Positions 36,706 to 47,465 are shown, counted from the stretch's first letter. The stretch is DNA of 64,000 nucleotides from an uncultured Planctomycetaceae bacterium (GCA_963833985.1 CAWIAD010000001.1:2304001-2368000), one strand, 5' to 3'. Notes: generated by a model from the letters alone, not told the origin. Translations and numbers: made by a program.

Positions 36706-37107
36706 TTTCATCTTTGACCATCAAACCGGAGTGCCGACCATGGCTCTGTGCCTCGGACGCAGCGCTCCGACTCTTCTTAGTTTGCGTTACGAAAAGACGA
36801 ATCCTGATGAAGACTTGCGGCCGAAGACAGCGGGCGTGGTTGGCCGCTTCCGGCGCTCCGGCCGGCTTGACTTCCGGAGGTCGAAGTTGCCGGTCGGAAC
36901 CGGCGGCCTCGCGGAGTGGAGGGGCTGCGGAACTCGGAACTATTCGCGGCTCGGTTTCGGCACGAGGACGCGTTCCGCGACCAGCAGCATCGGCCAGGCC
37001 GGCAGGAGTTCCGGGTGCGGACGGCAAAACCGATCCAGTGAGCCGGCCAGAAGGAGTCAACCACCCGCTCGGCCGATTGTTAAGCTGTGGCCCGGGAGCA
37101 TCATCGC

Positions 37108-38088
37108 TCAATCGAACAGCTCGGGTTGATCGTATCGATTGTTCCCGGTGGATCGCTTCTTTCTGGCTTGCCCGTTGCTCGACTCGATCGGCCCGCCGGC
37201 CACTACCACCGGGGCACCTTCTTCAAACCGGAATTGGCTCGCCTTGAGATAGCCTTCATCGCGTTCGATCGCGATCCACGATCTACCTTCCTGTTCGCAC
37301 ACCTGGCCGGTCGTGTTGCTGCCGGCAAACGGATCGAGCACGAGGTCGCCGGGATCGGTGAGGAACCTTACGAAGAACGACGGTAATTGATGCGGGAACC
37401 GGGCCGGGTGCGGCTTGATCCCTTCTTGCTCGCAACGTTCCATGTAATGACCGTTCGCGTCATTGTTACCGCATATAAAAATATTCGACGGGATGCTACC
37501 GCCCCGGTCTTTAAATTTCTGCGTGATGATATGTCCGCTGGGTCGGACCTTGGCCTTGTAGCCCTTCTGGAGCAACCGCTTCATGTCGGGCGAGTACTCG
37601 TTCAAGACGTTCTGGTTGTTCGCTTTTGGCCAGGGGGTCTTCGACAGCCACCAGACACATTCCACAGCGTCCTTCACGCGGATCTTGCGAACATTCACCC
37701 ACTCAGCCGGTGATGGCAACTTTCCAGGGTTGTACCAGAAGAACTCCTGGGCCAGGTGAAACCCGACTTGTTTGCAGAGCGCGATCAGAAGTTCGAAATG
37801 ATACAGCGATCGAGTCGGTTTTCCCGGTGTCCATGCTCCGCCGATGTCCAGCACGAAGCTACCATCATCACGAAGCAAGCGGTGGTAGTGCCGGGCAAAC
37901 TTCAGAAACCAGGCAATGTAATCGGCTTGATCGACGTTGCCGTACTCTTTCTTGAAGTGCAAAGCGTAAGGCGGTGAGGTGAAGATGAGATTCACACTCG
38001 AGTCGCTCATCGTGGGCATGTAATCCAGGGCGTCCGTGAGGTAGGCTTTTCCATGGTTCGTCGTGTAAAAAGGTGCAAGCGGCTTCAT
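37108..38088 (-). CDS. Beta-class N4-cytosine-type DNA methyltransferase, M.PvuII-like
   Basis: TSPPY precedes the SAM motif [40 protein letters not shown] and [16 protein letters not shown] recall M.PvuII. Confidence 0.92.
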   Translation of the reverse strand: MKPLAPFYTTNHGKAYLTDALDYMPTMSDSSVNLIFTSPPYALHFKKEYGNVDQADYIAWFLKFARHYHRLLRDDGSFVLDIGGAWTPGKPTRSLYHFELLIALCKQVGFHLAQEFFWYNPGKLPSPAEWVNVRKIRVKDAVECVWWLSKTPWPKANNQNVLNEYSPDMKRLLQKGYKAKVRPSGHIITQKFKDRGGSIPSNIFICGNNDANGHYMERCEQEGIKPHPARFPHQLPSFFVRFLTDPGDLVLDPFAGSNTTGQVCEQEGRSWIAIERDEGYLKASQFRFEEGAPVVVAGGPIESSNGQARKKRSTGNNRYDQPELFD

Positions 38089-38672
38089 TCCTTGGCTCCA
38101 TCGCTCGACTCTGTCAGCACCTCCGCTAGTGTACCTTTCCACACCCCCCTTGGGCCAGGGGGCACCGGCTGCATGATGGCCAAGTAATCGGGGAAGTTGG
38201 GCCTGCGGGCGAGGCTCTCAGATGAGGAGAAGACGTAGGTCCATATCCCGTTCTGGTTGAACAGGCATGCTGCCAGCACGTCGAACTCATCGACCTTATA
38301 GCCCCGGGCCGGTCCGCCGGTGAGCTGATTCCGGGTTCTCTGGATTTCCACCCGGAAGTCTCCCTGGTAGCCCTTGCGGTCCGGTTTGCTGCGAACGTTC
38401 TTGCATTCCATCCGGATCGTTCGTCCCCCGATCACGACGTCGAAGTCGGGCCGTCCGTCCGCGTCGTACCAGGTCACCTCTTCGATGACCCCGCTCTCTT
38501 TGAGCTCCACAAGCTGCTTGTAGAGAAACCACTCAGCGAGCTTGCCTTTCACGTCCACCTGGGCGCGAAACCCTCGTTCGATCGCGGAGAGGATATCCCA
38601 GCCCGTTGCGTTGAACTTGAGCTCGAGCGGGTGCTGAACGATCTGTCCGTCGTCAGTGAACGTGGGCGGCAT
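38085..38672 (-). CDS. PD-(D/E)XK nuclease, putative Type II restriction endonuclease
   Basis: KGKLAE..GRPDFD..RMECKN; its stop overlaps the methyltransferase start (ATGA). Confidence 0.75.
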   Translation of the reverse strand: MPPTFTDDGQIVQHPLELKFNATGWDILSAIERGFRAQVDVKGKLAEWFLYKQLVELKESGVIEEVTWYDADGRPDFDVVIGGRTIRMECKNVRSKPDRKGYQGDFRVEIQRTRNQLTGGPARGYKVDEFDVLAACLFNQNGIWTYVFSSSESLARRPNFPDYLAIMQPVPPGPRGVWKGTLAEVLTESSDGAKE

Positions 38673-39138
38673 CCTTGCCTCCTTTCGATGGGTGATCTGG
38701 CTCTATACGTCTTTGACAGCAACAGGGCAAGGGGGATCGGCGGGGTCCTGTCTACGGGCCGTCTGAGCGAGACTGAGTGTGATTCGTCAGGGAGTGGTCG
38801 CAAGGATCACGGCGAGCTCCGCAGGCTCGAACGCCATGGAACTCTCTGACGGCCATTGCGTCATCAAGAGGAACCGCAAACCCCTGGCGCCGAAGGGACA
38901 AAACGTGACGACAACCATCAACGGTATCTTATGCGGCGCGGGATTGCGCAGCGTGTTCAGTCCCCGGCTCAAGAACTTTGAAAGCGTCCGGGATTCCCAG
39001 GTGCCGGGCGCCGGAGGGCAGCTCGCTGGAAGGGCAACTGCTCGGCTTGCGCGTGTGAACCTGCCCGATAGCCCTGTGCCCTGGCAGTCCCACCCCGACC
39101 GCCATGTTCCGGAGAATTGAACACGGTCGGTGGAGACG

Positions 39139-39585
39139 TCAGAGTTCTGGAAAAGTGATTTTCTTTCCCTTGCCGGCCGCCTGGAGAGCGTGGCCCGTGA
39201 AGACGGACAGAGCCACTTCGATGGCGTGCCAGGGCTCTGCGTCGGGATTGACCTGGGTGACCAGCGCACGCATCGGGGCACCCTGATCCAGCAAGGCGGC
39301 AATTGTTCGATTGCGCTGGCGGGGAATATATCCCAGGTGCGCGCCCCCGAAACGAAATGCGACGGCAAGGGCGTCGTGGGGGTTGTCGGCTTCGTGAATC
39401 AGGACGAGCTCCATACCCGGTTCGAGGCTGTCAATCACTTCGGGGCCGTCGTGGTACTGGAAGCCGGCGATGAAGAACCTGTCAAGCTCGTAATCGACCG
39501 CTGCTGCTGCCGGCCGCGGCTTCCAGAACTGTGGAACGGTGAACGAGAAGTGGAACGAGAAAAGCCCGCGAATCGAGAACTTCAT
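39139..39585 (-). CDS. Stand-alone HIRAN domain protein
   Basis: IAGFQYH..L.L.HEADNPHDALAV..LGYIPR. Confidence 0.85.
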   Translation of the reverse strand: MKFSIRGLFSFHFSFTVPQFWKPRPAAAAVDYELDRFFIAGFQYHDGPEVIDSLEPGMELVLIHEADNPHDALAVAFRFGGAHLGYIPRQRNRTIAALLDQGAPMRALVTQVNPDAEPWHAIEVALSVFTGHALQAAGKGKKITFPEL

Positions 39586-40107
39586 GCCAATGCCTCCGTG
39601 GCGTGCCGGCGCGGCTGCGGACCATCAGACCGATGATGCTGCGGTCCCGGGACCGGAGAGGCTCACTCCATTACTTCATCGTACCACGTTTCGATGCTCC
39701 GTTGTTCGCATGTGGTACGGATCGTTGCACCATGGTTTTCGGGAACGAGATCACCGGGGAGCCATGAATGGCACGCCGGGAGTGCTGGAAGGCTTACCCA
39801 GTGCCGCGGCGGAGCTGACGCCGCCGGGCAGGCCGCTTCCTGCGATCAGCAAGAAGCGGGAGAGTCTACCCGAACGGCAGTAGGTCGCGAGGTTCCTCCA
39901 TTCGAGCCGTCCACCAGGACGACCCGGACCACCGCTCCGAACAATCGACCGGGAGCTTTGCGCAGGGAACTCCGAGATGGTCGACCTCCGATGCATTTCG
40001 GGTCGATGACCGGCGGCGGACCTCGGCGTATGATTGAGGCCTTGAGGATGCGTTTCGTTTGCACTGGAGTCTTCTTTGTGACTGCCCCCGCACTTGCGGA
40101 AGCCAAC

Positions 40108-41264
40108 GTCCTGGTTCGCGACATCCGCGTCCAGAACTTGCTGTCGTTCTCGGCGCAGGGAGTGCACCTGGAAACCGGACCGCTCAGCGTGCTTGTCGGT
40201 CCCAACGGTTCCGGCAAGTCCAACCTGCTGGAGGCCGTCGCTCTGATGCGGTCGGCCGCGGGAGACCTGCCTGGAGAGATCCGGCGCGGCGGGGCGCGGG
40301 GGAGTGGGTCTGCAAGCTGGTTCCCAGCGATCTGGCAGCTTGCAGTCTTCTGGTCCGCAATCCTCCACAGGACAAGCTCCTCCGCCATGTTCTGGCGCTT
40401 CGGACCGACGGCCAGAGCTTTCAGATCGCCGGGGAACGCATCGAAAGCGATGGTGCGCCTCAGGATCGAAAGAAGCAGGTTTACTATGACCTGCATGATG
40501 GCCAGGCCACGGTCCGCGTTGCGGGGCGGAAACGACGGCTTGCAAACGGGGCCCTGGATCGAGAACGTTCCATCCTCTCGCAGCGCCGCGATCCCGAGCT
40601 GTATCCCGAGATCACCTACCTCGCCGATACCTACGGCAAGATCCGGATTTACCGCGAATGGGCGTTCGGGCGGAACACGGTGTTCCGGCAGCCGCAGCGA
40701 GCCGACATGCGGAACGACCGGCTGGAGGAGGATTTCTCGAACCTGGGACTGTTCCTGAACCGGCTTCGGCGCAAGCCCAAGGCGAAGGCGGCCCTGCTCG
40801 AGGGACTGCGCGACCTGTACGACGACGTGACCGACTTCGACGTGATCGTCGAGGGCGGGACGGTGCAGGTGTTCTTCACCGAACGCGAGTTCGCAATTCC
40901 TGCCACGCGGCTCTCGGATGGAACCCTGCGCTATCTCTGTCTGCTGGCCATCCTCTGCGACCCCGACCCGCCCCCGCTCATCTGCATCGAGGAGCCGGAA
41001 CTCGGCCTTCATCCCGACATCCTTCCGAAGCTGGCCGACAAGCTCCTAGCCGCCTCGAAGCGGTGCCAGCTCATCGTCACCACGCATTCTGATATCCTGG
41101 TCGACGCGATGAGCGAGATGCCCGAGGTCATCGTCGTTTGCGAGAAGCATCACGGTGCCACGACGATGCACCGGCTGAGCCGCGACGAGCTCGCCGGATG
41201 GCTGGGCAAGTGCCGGCTCGGATCGCTCTGGACTCAGGGGAAGATCGGAGGAACGCGCTGGTGA
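40108..41264 (+). CDS. ABC/AAA_21-type (RecF/OLD-like) ATPase; frameshift near 40290; start uncertain (alternative ATG 40048)
   Basis: QNLLSF..VGPNGSGKSN, LSDGTLRYL, IEEPELGLHP, IVTTHS, LGSLWTQG. Confidence 0.85.
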
Positions 41265-41863
41265 GCTCGGTCATCCTAGTGGAAGGAGGGGGTCATTCCA
41301 AGGAATTGCAGATTCGCTGCCGCGAGGGCTTTCGCAAGCTCCTTGAGGCATGCGGCTTTGCCGGCCGGATGCCGCGTCTGTACGCCTGTGGCGGACGCAA
41401 TTCCGCCTTCGACGACTTTCAGACCAGCATCGCCGCGAACAAGGGTCACGCCTATGTGGCCTTGCTCATCGATAGCGAGGACCCTGTCGATGACGTCGAA
41501 GCCCCCTGGGTTCATTTGAACAAGTGCGACAGGTGGGACCGACCGCGTGGAGTGACCGATGACCAGGCGTTGCTCATGACGACCTGCATGGAGACCTGGA
41601 TCATCACGGATCGCCGGGCACTGGCTGCATACTTCGGCAAGCCGCTCCTGTCCCCGGCGCTGCCGGGTCTGGTCGACATGGAGCAGAGGCTGCGCGACGA
41701 TGTCCAGAACAGCCTGGTCCAGGCGACACGCCGGTGCCCCAGCCCTTACCGCAAGGGGAAGCGTTCGTTCGAGCTCCTCGCCGGGCTGTCACCAGCGACA
41801 CTCGAGCAGCACCTGCCAAGCTTCAAGAGAATGCTGAGGATTCTACGCCGGCAACTGCGGTAA
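41261..41863 (+). CDS. DUF4276-family protein (TOPRIM-like)
   Basis: GTGA overlap with the ATPase stop; ILVEGGG, CGGR, LLIDSED, METW, YRKG and PSF motifs. Confidence 0.8.
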   Translation: MSSVILVEGGGHSKELQIRCREGFRKLLEACGFAGRMPRLYACGGRNSAFDDFQTSIAANKGHAYVALLIDSEDPVDDVEAPWVHLNKCDRWDRPRGVTDDQALLMTTCMETWIITDRRALAAYFGKPLLSPALPGLVDMEQRLRDDVQNSLVQATRRCPSPYRKGKRSFELLAGLSPATLEQHLPSFKRMLRILRRQLR

Positions 41864-42202
41864 GCGCTGACCAGACGGGCCAGTACCCAGGTGCCTGTTA
41901 CTCACCGCGAACCATGAAGCGGTGACCACGAAATCGTCGCCGCATGAACGACTCAGCCGCATGTCTGGACTGGCACTTGCGGCGCGTTTCTGGACTGCCC
42001 GGCGCGCCAGGGAAGGTGCCCACAAGCGTTTGCAGAGCCAGTGTCCAACCCCCGCCCGCGTGTTGCGCTGGCATGCCGCCCGGAACTCGAGCCCTCGTCA
42101 GCGCGAGGCTCCAGACGGATGCAAGCAGATCCGCTGAAGTCTTTTGGCAGGATTGCAGTTCGCTTGCCCGGAGGCTGAGGGTTCTGCCTGGCCGCTCTCC
42201 TC

Positions 42203-42353
42203 GCGAGGTACGATTCCAATCGTGCCATGCAATTCTCGTGGGGTACGATTCCGATCGTGCCATTCCAGGTTCATCAGATCGAACACGTGACACGATCGGA
42301 ATCGTATCCCAGGAGGAGATCGAAAAGTAACACGATCGGGTATCGTGGCCCAC
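42203..42353. repeat. Four REP-like palindromes (two direct, two inverted) of a second family
   Basis: GGTACGATTCC(A/G)ATCGTGCCAT twice, then ACACGATCGGAATCGTATCCCA and ACACGATCGGGTATCGTGGCCCAC; related pair at 60386. Confidence 0.8.
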
Positions 42354-42456
42354 AATAAGCGGCCGCCCGGTCATCCAGGATCGCATCAACTTGCTGAATG
42401 CCTGTCGAGGTACTCTTGCGAACCTGCTTGGGTATCCCATGCCGGGGGCCGGACCG

Positions 42457-44334
42457 TCAGGGCGTGGTTCCCACCACGGCACCTGTCCTGGGGCGATACG
42501 TTGAGAGCCGGAATCGACCTGTGCGCGTGATCGGCCGGGGCGGTTGGGGTGCGCGGCGGGGCCGCTCCGGGGCCCGGCCCACGCAGCGGTTGAAGGTGGC
42601 CAGGGTGAAGGCCAGGAGCAGCAGGGCGAAAAGCAGGATCGCCAGGATCACGAACACCTGAGCGAGGTAGAAGGCCACGGGACTGTCTGAAATGGACGAC
42701 CCCATGCTCTCGGGGCGCACGATCTGGCCACCAAACGGGCAGAAGCTGGCGATGACCAGTGCGATGAACTCGAGAGCGCCATTGTCCCTCGGTGGAATCA
42801 TCTGCAACCAGGCCAGGAGCGCAGGCACAAGCTCGATGAGCAAAACCCATCCGAAGGCGTAACATGCGTAGAGCGCCACGCTCAGGCCCACGGCGCGTCC
42901 CAGCCTGCGGAACCAGGTCGCCAGCGCCACGCCCACGCTCGTGACCGCCGCGCCCTGAGCGAGGAACAGGCCGAGCGGAAGTGCCACGGAGGCAAAGCGG
43001 TCCAGCAGGTCGTGAGCCAGGCGCGGCTCGCCGAGCTTCGCTGCGTTCCGGGCCACATGAGGCAGCCCGGCGGCGAAAGCCAGAGAGGCGATTGCCGGCA
43101 AGAGCGCGAGTGCCGGGATGACCCGGAACGCGCTCCACCACTTGGCCAGAAGGATCTGCTCGCTGGAGAGCGGGGTGGTCAAAAGCAGGTCCAGACTGCC
43201 GTGCGCCCGTTCCTCGGCAAGCACCGTGGGCGCGAACAGGCTTACCAGCAGCAGGCCGAAGGTGGCGTGGAAACCGGCGACCATGGTGAGAAACTCGGCG
43301 CCGTCGTATCGATCCTCCGTGAGCACGAAGAGCCCCCAGCCCATACCCGCGAGTGACGTGGCAATGAAGCAGCCCCAGACGACGCGCGCCAGCCGCGTGG
43401 GCCGGCCGCGTCTCCATTCACGCCAGAGCACCGGGTCGTTGTCGAGCGAGGGGCCCGGCCGCCAGGCTGAGATTCTGGCGCCGGTGCGTCTCAGCCAGGC
43501 CGGCAGCCAGAGGGAGCGAGAACGCGTCCGGTCCGCCAGGTCGGGCCGCAGCCTGAGCACCGCGTACCCCGCCAAGCACGCACAAAGCAGCAGGGTTCCG
43601 CCCAGCACCGCCGCCAGGTCCCAGCCGAAGGACGCGCTTGGCCACAGGTACGGCCCCCAGGCCAGCACGAAAGGGTTGATCGTCCAGAGCCAGTATGGCA
43701 CCGCGCCCAGGGGAGCGGTCTGGTTGAGGATTTCCCAGACCAGGGGCGAGAGCACCCAGAGCACTTCAAGGCCATAAACGGCCATCAGCACCTCGTGCGT
43801 CTTACGGGCTCGCACCGAGAACGCCAGGGCCAGCGTGCAGCCCACTACGGCCACCATCACCGTGATGAGCGAGAGCGCGATGATGGCTTCGATCACGATT
43901 CCCCCCAGCAGACCCGCAAGCGCCAGCACGGGCACCGTGGTGGCCACAAGGGCAAGCACCGGCGCCAGTCGGGCCGCGAGCTTGCCCAGCACGATCTCGG
44001 TATTCGTGAGGTCCGTGACCAGCATGTGTGTGAGCGTGCCGCGGGCCCGGTCCTGACAGATGGTCGCGGCGGTTGCGGCCGGCGCGATCAGGAGCACGAG
44101 CACCAGTTGCATGGAAGCAATCGCGATGTAAAACGTCTGGCCGAGGGAGGCGAGCTGGTTGACGGGAATATCGCCGGTCGAGCCTGATCCCGGGACGTCG
44201 ATCGCCCAGGCCAACGCCAGCGCGGCCAGAAGACCCAGAACGAAGAGCGACCGCAACGCATAGAGCTGCCAGCGCCTGGCCGCGGCGATTGACTCGTGGA
44301 CGAATACCGGCCCGGGTCCCAGGTGAAATGTCAT
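42457..44334 (-). CDS. ABC-2 type permease subunit with internal duplication
   Basis: GPVFVHE, DRARGTLTHMLVTDL..EIVLGKL, DPVLWRE, EERAHGSLDLLLTTPL..ILLAK. Confidence 0.88.
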   Translation of the reverse strand: MTFHLGPGPVFVHESIAAARRWQLYALRSLFVLGLLAALALAWAIDVPGSGSTGDIPVNQLASLGQTFYIAIASMQLVLVLLIAPAATAATICQDRARGTLTHMLVTDLTNTEIVLGKLAARLAPVLALVATTVPVLALAGLLGGIVIEAIIALSLITVMVAVVGCTLALAFSVRARKTHEVLMAVYGLEVLWVLSPLVWEILNQTAPLGAVPYWLWTINPFVLAWGPYLWPSASFGWDLAAVLGGTLLLCACLAGYAVLRLRPDLADRTRSRSLWLPAWLRRTGARISAWRPGPSLDNDPVLWREWRRGRPTRLARVVWGCFIATSLAGMGWGLFVLTEDRYDGAEFLTMVAGFHATFGLLLVSLFAPTVLAEERAHGSLDLLLTTPLSSEQILLAKWWSAFRVIPALALLPAIASLAFAAGLPHVARNAAKLGEPRLAHDLLDRFASVALPLGLFLAQGAAVTSVGVALATWFRRLGRAVGLSVALYACYAFGWVLLIELVPALLAWLQMIPPRDNGALEFIALVIASFCPFGGQIVRPESMGSSISDSPVAFYLAQVFVILAILLFALLLLAFTLATFNRCVGRAPERPRRAPQPPRPITRTGRFRLSTYRPRTGAVVGTTP

Positions 44335-44457
44335 CGGCGTCTCTCCGTGCGGCCGTGGTCTGAAAGCGCCATGGCGTTCCGTGCGTGTGTGAACCTACCA
44401 GACAAGCCCGGTCGCGGGCAATCTCAGCGACCGCCCAACCGGGATGGCTTCGCAAAA

Positions 44458-44829
44458 TGAATGCATCAAACCACAGAGATCACTGGGCGCGCCTGGAGGC
44501 TATACCGTTGGAATTGCGTTGACGAGAAGGGGGGTAAGAACTTTGCGACAGAGCTGTTCCCGCGTGGAGTGTGGGAACAGCGGTCGAAACGCACTTCGTC
44601 ACATGGATTTCCCAGCCTCAGCACGCGCCCAATCGACGCGATGCAATCGCAGACGGCACATGAATGCATCAAACCACAGAGAGCACATGAATGCATCAAA
44701 CCACAGAGAGCACAGAGAGAATTCGGGCAGAAACGAGAGCACGAAAGTTCCTTTTTTCTCGAGAGCACGAGATTTCCTTTTTTCTTCTTTCCTCCGTGTT
44801 CTCTGTGTTCTCTGTGGTTGCACGCATTC
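44458..44829. repeat. CACAGAG-type repeats: a 27-bp tandem duplication, a dispersed copy and an inverted arm
   Basis: GCACATGAATGCATCAAACCACAGAGA at 44656-44682 and 44683-44709; partial copy at 44458; inverted CTCTGTGTTCTCTGTGGTTGCACGCATTC at 44801-44829. Confidence 0.85.
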
Positions 44830-45018
44830 CTGAGCGGCACACCAGGCTCGCGCACGATTTGCGCGTCCGGGACTATGAATGTTTCTGGCTGATCCGCTCT
44901 TTTTCGGCACCGCGCGGTTGCTCCGGGCGCAATCTTCGCAGAATGGAAAGTAGCTCGGGCCCGTGCGGGGCGCTTTTCGGTTCGCTGTTTTGCAACTTGC
45001 GGCAGGGATTGTTTCGCC

Positions 45019-45963
45019 ATGATTCTGTGCGTCACGCTCAATCCGTGTCTGGACAAGACGTTGACTGTTCCAGGCTGGAAGCCGGGAGACCTGGTGCGCG
45101 GGCTCTCCTTGCGGGAAGTGGTGGGAGGTAAGGGGAACAACGTGGCGCGGGCGCTCCAGCGGCTGGGCCGGACGGCGCGGCCCGTGACCTTCCTCGGGGG
45201 CTCCATCGGCAAGTCGTGCGCGGAACTGCTGCGGCACGACGACGGGCTGGACCCGATCGTGGTCCAGACGCAAGCACCCACGCGAGTAATCCTCACGGTG
45301 CTCACGGAAGGAACGACCGACCAGACGGCGTTCTTCGACCCGGATCCGGCCGTCTCCTCATCCGAGGCCGACGCTCTCATTGATGCGGTACAGGATGCCC
45401 TGGGAGGGCCCGGGGTTGCAGCGCTCACGCTTTCCGGATCGAGCCCGTCCGCGGCGACGCACGGTGTTTACAGCGACCTCATCTCGCTCGGCAAGACGCG
45501 ACGGATTCCGGTATTCCTGGATACCTACGGCCCTGCGCTGGAAGGGATCTGGGGGTTCTGGCCCACAGTGCTCCAGGTGAATCGGAAGGAGGCGGCCGGG
45601 CGGCTTGGCAACCCGAGCCTGAGCGATCAGGACGCGCTGGGCCTGCTGGCAAGCTGGCATCGCCACGGAGTTACCTGCGGCATCATCACCGACGGCCCCA
45701 ACCCCGCGCTCATCCAGGTGCGGGAGAAGCGGTTCCGCGCCATCCCGCCGGCCCTCCGCGCGCTCAACCCGATCGGCTCGGGCGATACGCTGCTGGCGGG
45801 CCTGGTGGACGCCTGGCTCGCGGGCAGCGACACCGAGCCGATGATCCGCCATGCCATGGGGTGCGCCGCGGCGAACGCCGCGGTCTGGGACGCGGGGGGC
45901 ATTGACCGCGAGCAGGCCGAACGCCTCGCCGCCGAGGTGATCCTCGAGCCCATCGCTCGGTGA
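45019..45963 (+). CDS. 1-phosphofructokinase-family (PfkB) hexose kinase
   Basis: VTLNPCLD, GGKGNNVA, SGS, NPIGSGD. Confidence 0.93.
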   Translation: MILCVTLNPCLDKTLTVPGWKPGDLVRGLSLREVVGGKGNNVARALQRLGRTARPVTFLGGSIGKSCAELLRHDDGLDPIVVQTQAPTRVILTVLTEGTTDQTAFFDPDPAVSSSEADALIDAVQDALGGPGVAALTLSGSSPSAATHGVYSDLISLGKTRRIPVFLDTYGPALEGIWGFWPTVLQVNRKEAAGRLGNPSLSDQDALGLLASWHRHGVTCGIITDGPNPALIQVREKRFRAIPPALRALNPIGSGDTLLAGLVDAWLAGSDTEPMIRHAMGCAAANAAVWDAGGIDREQAERLAAEVILEPIAR

Positions 45964-46030
45964 GCCTGTAACGGCCCGCCAGCCGGCTGGCTGCTGCCTT
46001 GCCTGTCCGGCCGATGGCGCCGACAGAGCC

Positions 46031-47395
46031 TCAGCCGCGCAGCAGCAGCGCGATCGTGAAGATGGCGATCAGTCCCAGGCCCAGCACGATCAGCGAGAAG
46101 TGGAGCAGCCAGCGGCTATCGCTGTTCATTCGCCGGATGTTCGGTACAGCCGGCGGAGGAAGCTGGCGAATCTTCGCGGGCATCGGCGGCAAGGGGATGC
46201 GGCGCCTGGGCGCCGGAGTCGGCTCGGCGTCGCCCAGATCGCGCAGCGAGAGGACGCTCTCGCTCGTCTCGTCGGCCAGTGAAAGCAGGCGCAGGTCCTC
46301 GTCGGCCAGTGGTGGAGGCGGCGGGTGAAAGAGCCGGGCGGCCTCGGCCTCGGCACCAAGGATGGCGCGGATCCGGCTCGGGTCGGTCCACCGGGCCAGG
46401 TCGAGGCGCAGCTCCTGACAGTCCTGATAGCGTTCCTCGGGGTTCTTGGCCATGAGCTTGCGGACGATGGCGGCGAAGGCCGCGGGAACTCCGCGGGCGA
46501 TCTTCTCCAGCGGCTCCGGGTCGTCCAGGCGCTGGCGGAAGATCTTGTTGATCATGTCGCCTCCCTCGAAGGGCGGCCGCCCCGAGAGCACGAAGTAGAG
46601 CGTGCAGCCCACGCTGTAGAGGTCGCTCCGCACGTCGGCCTTGGTGGCGTCGCTGAGCTGCTCGGGGCTGGCGTAATCCAGGGTCCCCAGCACGGTGTTG
46701 GCGCGGGTGATCCCCTTCTCCTCGCCCATGGCACGGGCCAGGCCCAGGTCCAGGATCTTGGCGTTGCCATCGGGGGTGATCATGATGTTCGACGGTTTGA
46801 TATCGCGATGCACAAGCCCAGCCAGATGGGCGGCGTGCAGCCCGTCGAGGATCTTGAGGAAGAGCCGGGCCGCATCGCTCACCCGGAGCGGGCCGTAGCG
46901 CTCGCTGCGGACCATGTCGAAGAGGCTCATGCCGGGAATGTATTCCAGGACCATGAAATGGACGTCGCCCTCGGCTCCCACGGACAGCGTGCGTGCCACG
47001 TTGGGATGGTCGCAGCGCTGCGAGAGTTCCATCTCGCGACGGAAGCGCGCCAGGCTGCCGGCATCCTCGGCCGCCTTCCGGGGCGGCAATACCTTGATGG
47101 CGACCTTGCCGAAAGTCTCGTCGTTGACGGCCAGGAAGACCTTGCCCATGCCGCCCTCGCCGAGGGGACGGAGGATGCGGTAGCCGCCCAGGAAGAACCC
47201 GCGCGTGGCGCCCGCGAGCAGCTTGCGCGCCTGATAGGTGGTGAGGAACCCCTGGGAAACCAGCAGACGAGCCAGCCGCAGCGATGCGTCAGCCGCCGGC
47301 TGCTCGTCCAGGCGGGCGTGCGCCTGCGAGATCTCCATGGCAGGCACCAACCCCGAGCGGGCGACCGCATCCGCGAAGTCGTCGAGCTGGAGCAT
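46031..47395 (-). CDS. Ser/Thr protein kinase with a C-terminal membrane anchor
   Basis: LGEGGMGKV, VAIKV, HRDIKPSN, DLGLA, YASPEQ, DLYSVG and a terminal hydrophobic helix. Confidence 0.95.
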   Translation of the reverse strand: MLQLDDFADAVARSGLVPAMEISQAHARLDEQPAADASLRLARLLVSQGFLTTYQARKLLAGATRGFFLGGYRILRPLGEGGMGKVFLAVNDETFGKVAIKVLPPRKAAEDAGSLARFRREMELSQRCDHPNVARTLSVGAEGDVHFMVLEYIPGMSLFDMVRSERYGPLRVSDAARLFLKILDGLHAAHLAGLVHRDIKPSNIMITPDGNAKILDLGLARAMGEEKGITRANTVLGTLDYASPEQLSDATKADVRSDLYSVGCTLYFVLSGRPPFEGGDMINKIFRQRLDDPEPLEKIARGVPAAFAAIVRKLMAKNPEERYQDCQELRLDLARWTDPSRIRAILGAEAEAARLFHPPPPPLADEDLRLLSLADETSESVLSLRDLGDAEPTPAPRRRIPLPPMPAKIRQLPPPAVPNIRRMNSDSRWLLHFSLIVLGLGLIAIFTIALLLRG

Positions 47396-47465
47396 GTCCT
47401 GTCATCCTGGAACCTGATGTCGCGGGACCGCCCTCGTGGCCAGCGGCCCATCGAGCCACGGAGGC

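Noticed and set aside
36377..37111. 244-aa minus and 252-aa plus ORFs between the IS and the methyltransferase
   Set aside because: No recognisable motifs, and they run across repeat elements, so probably non-coding.
38870..38945. dif-like site (minus strand GCGCCGCATAA-GATACC-...)
   Set aside because: Only the XerC-like arm resembles dif, and the other arm does not match.
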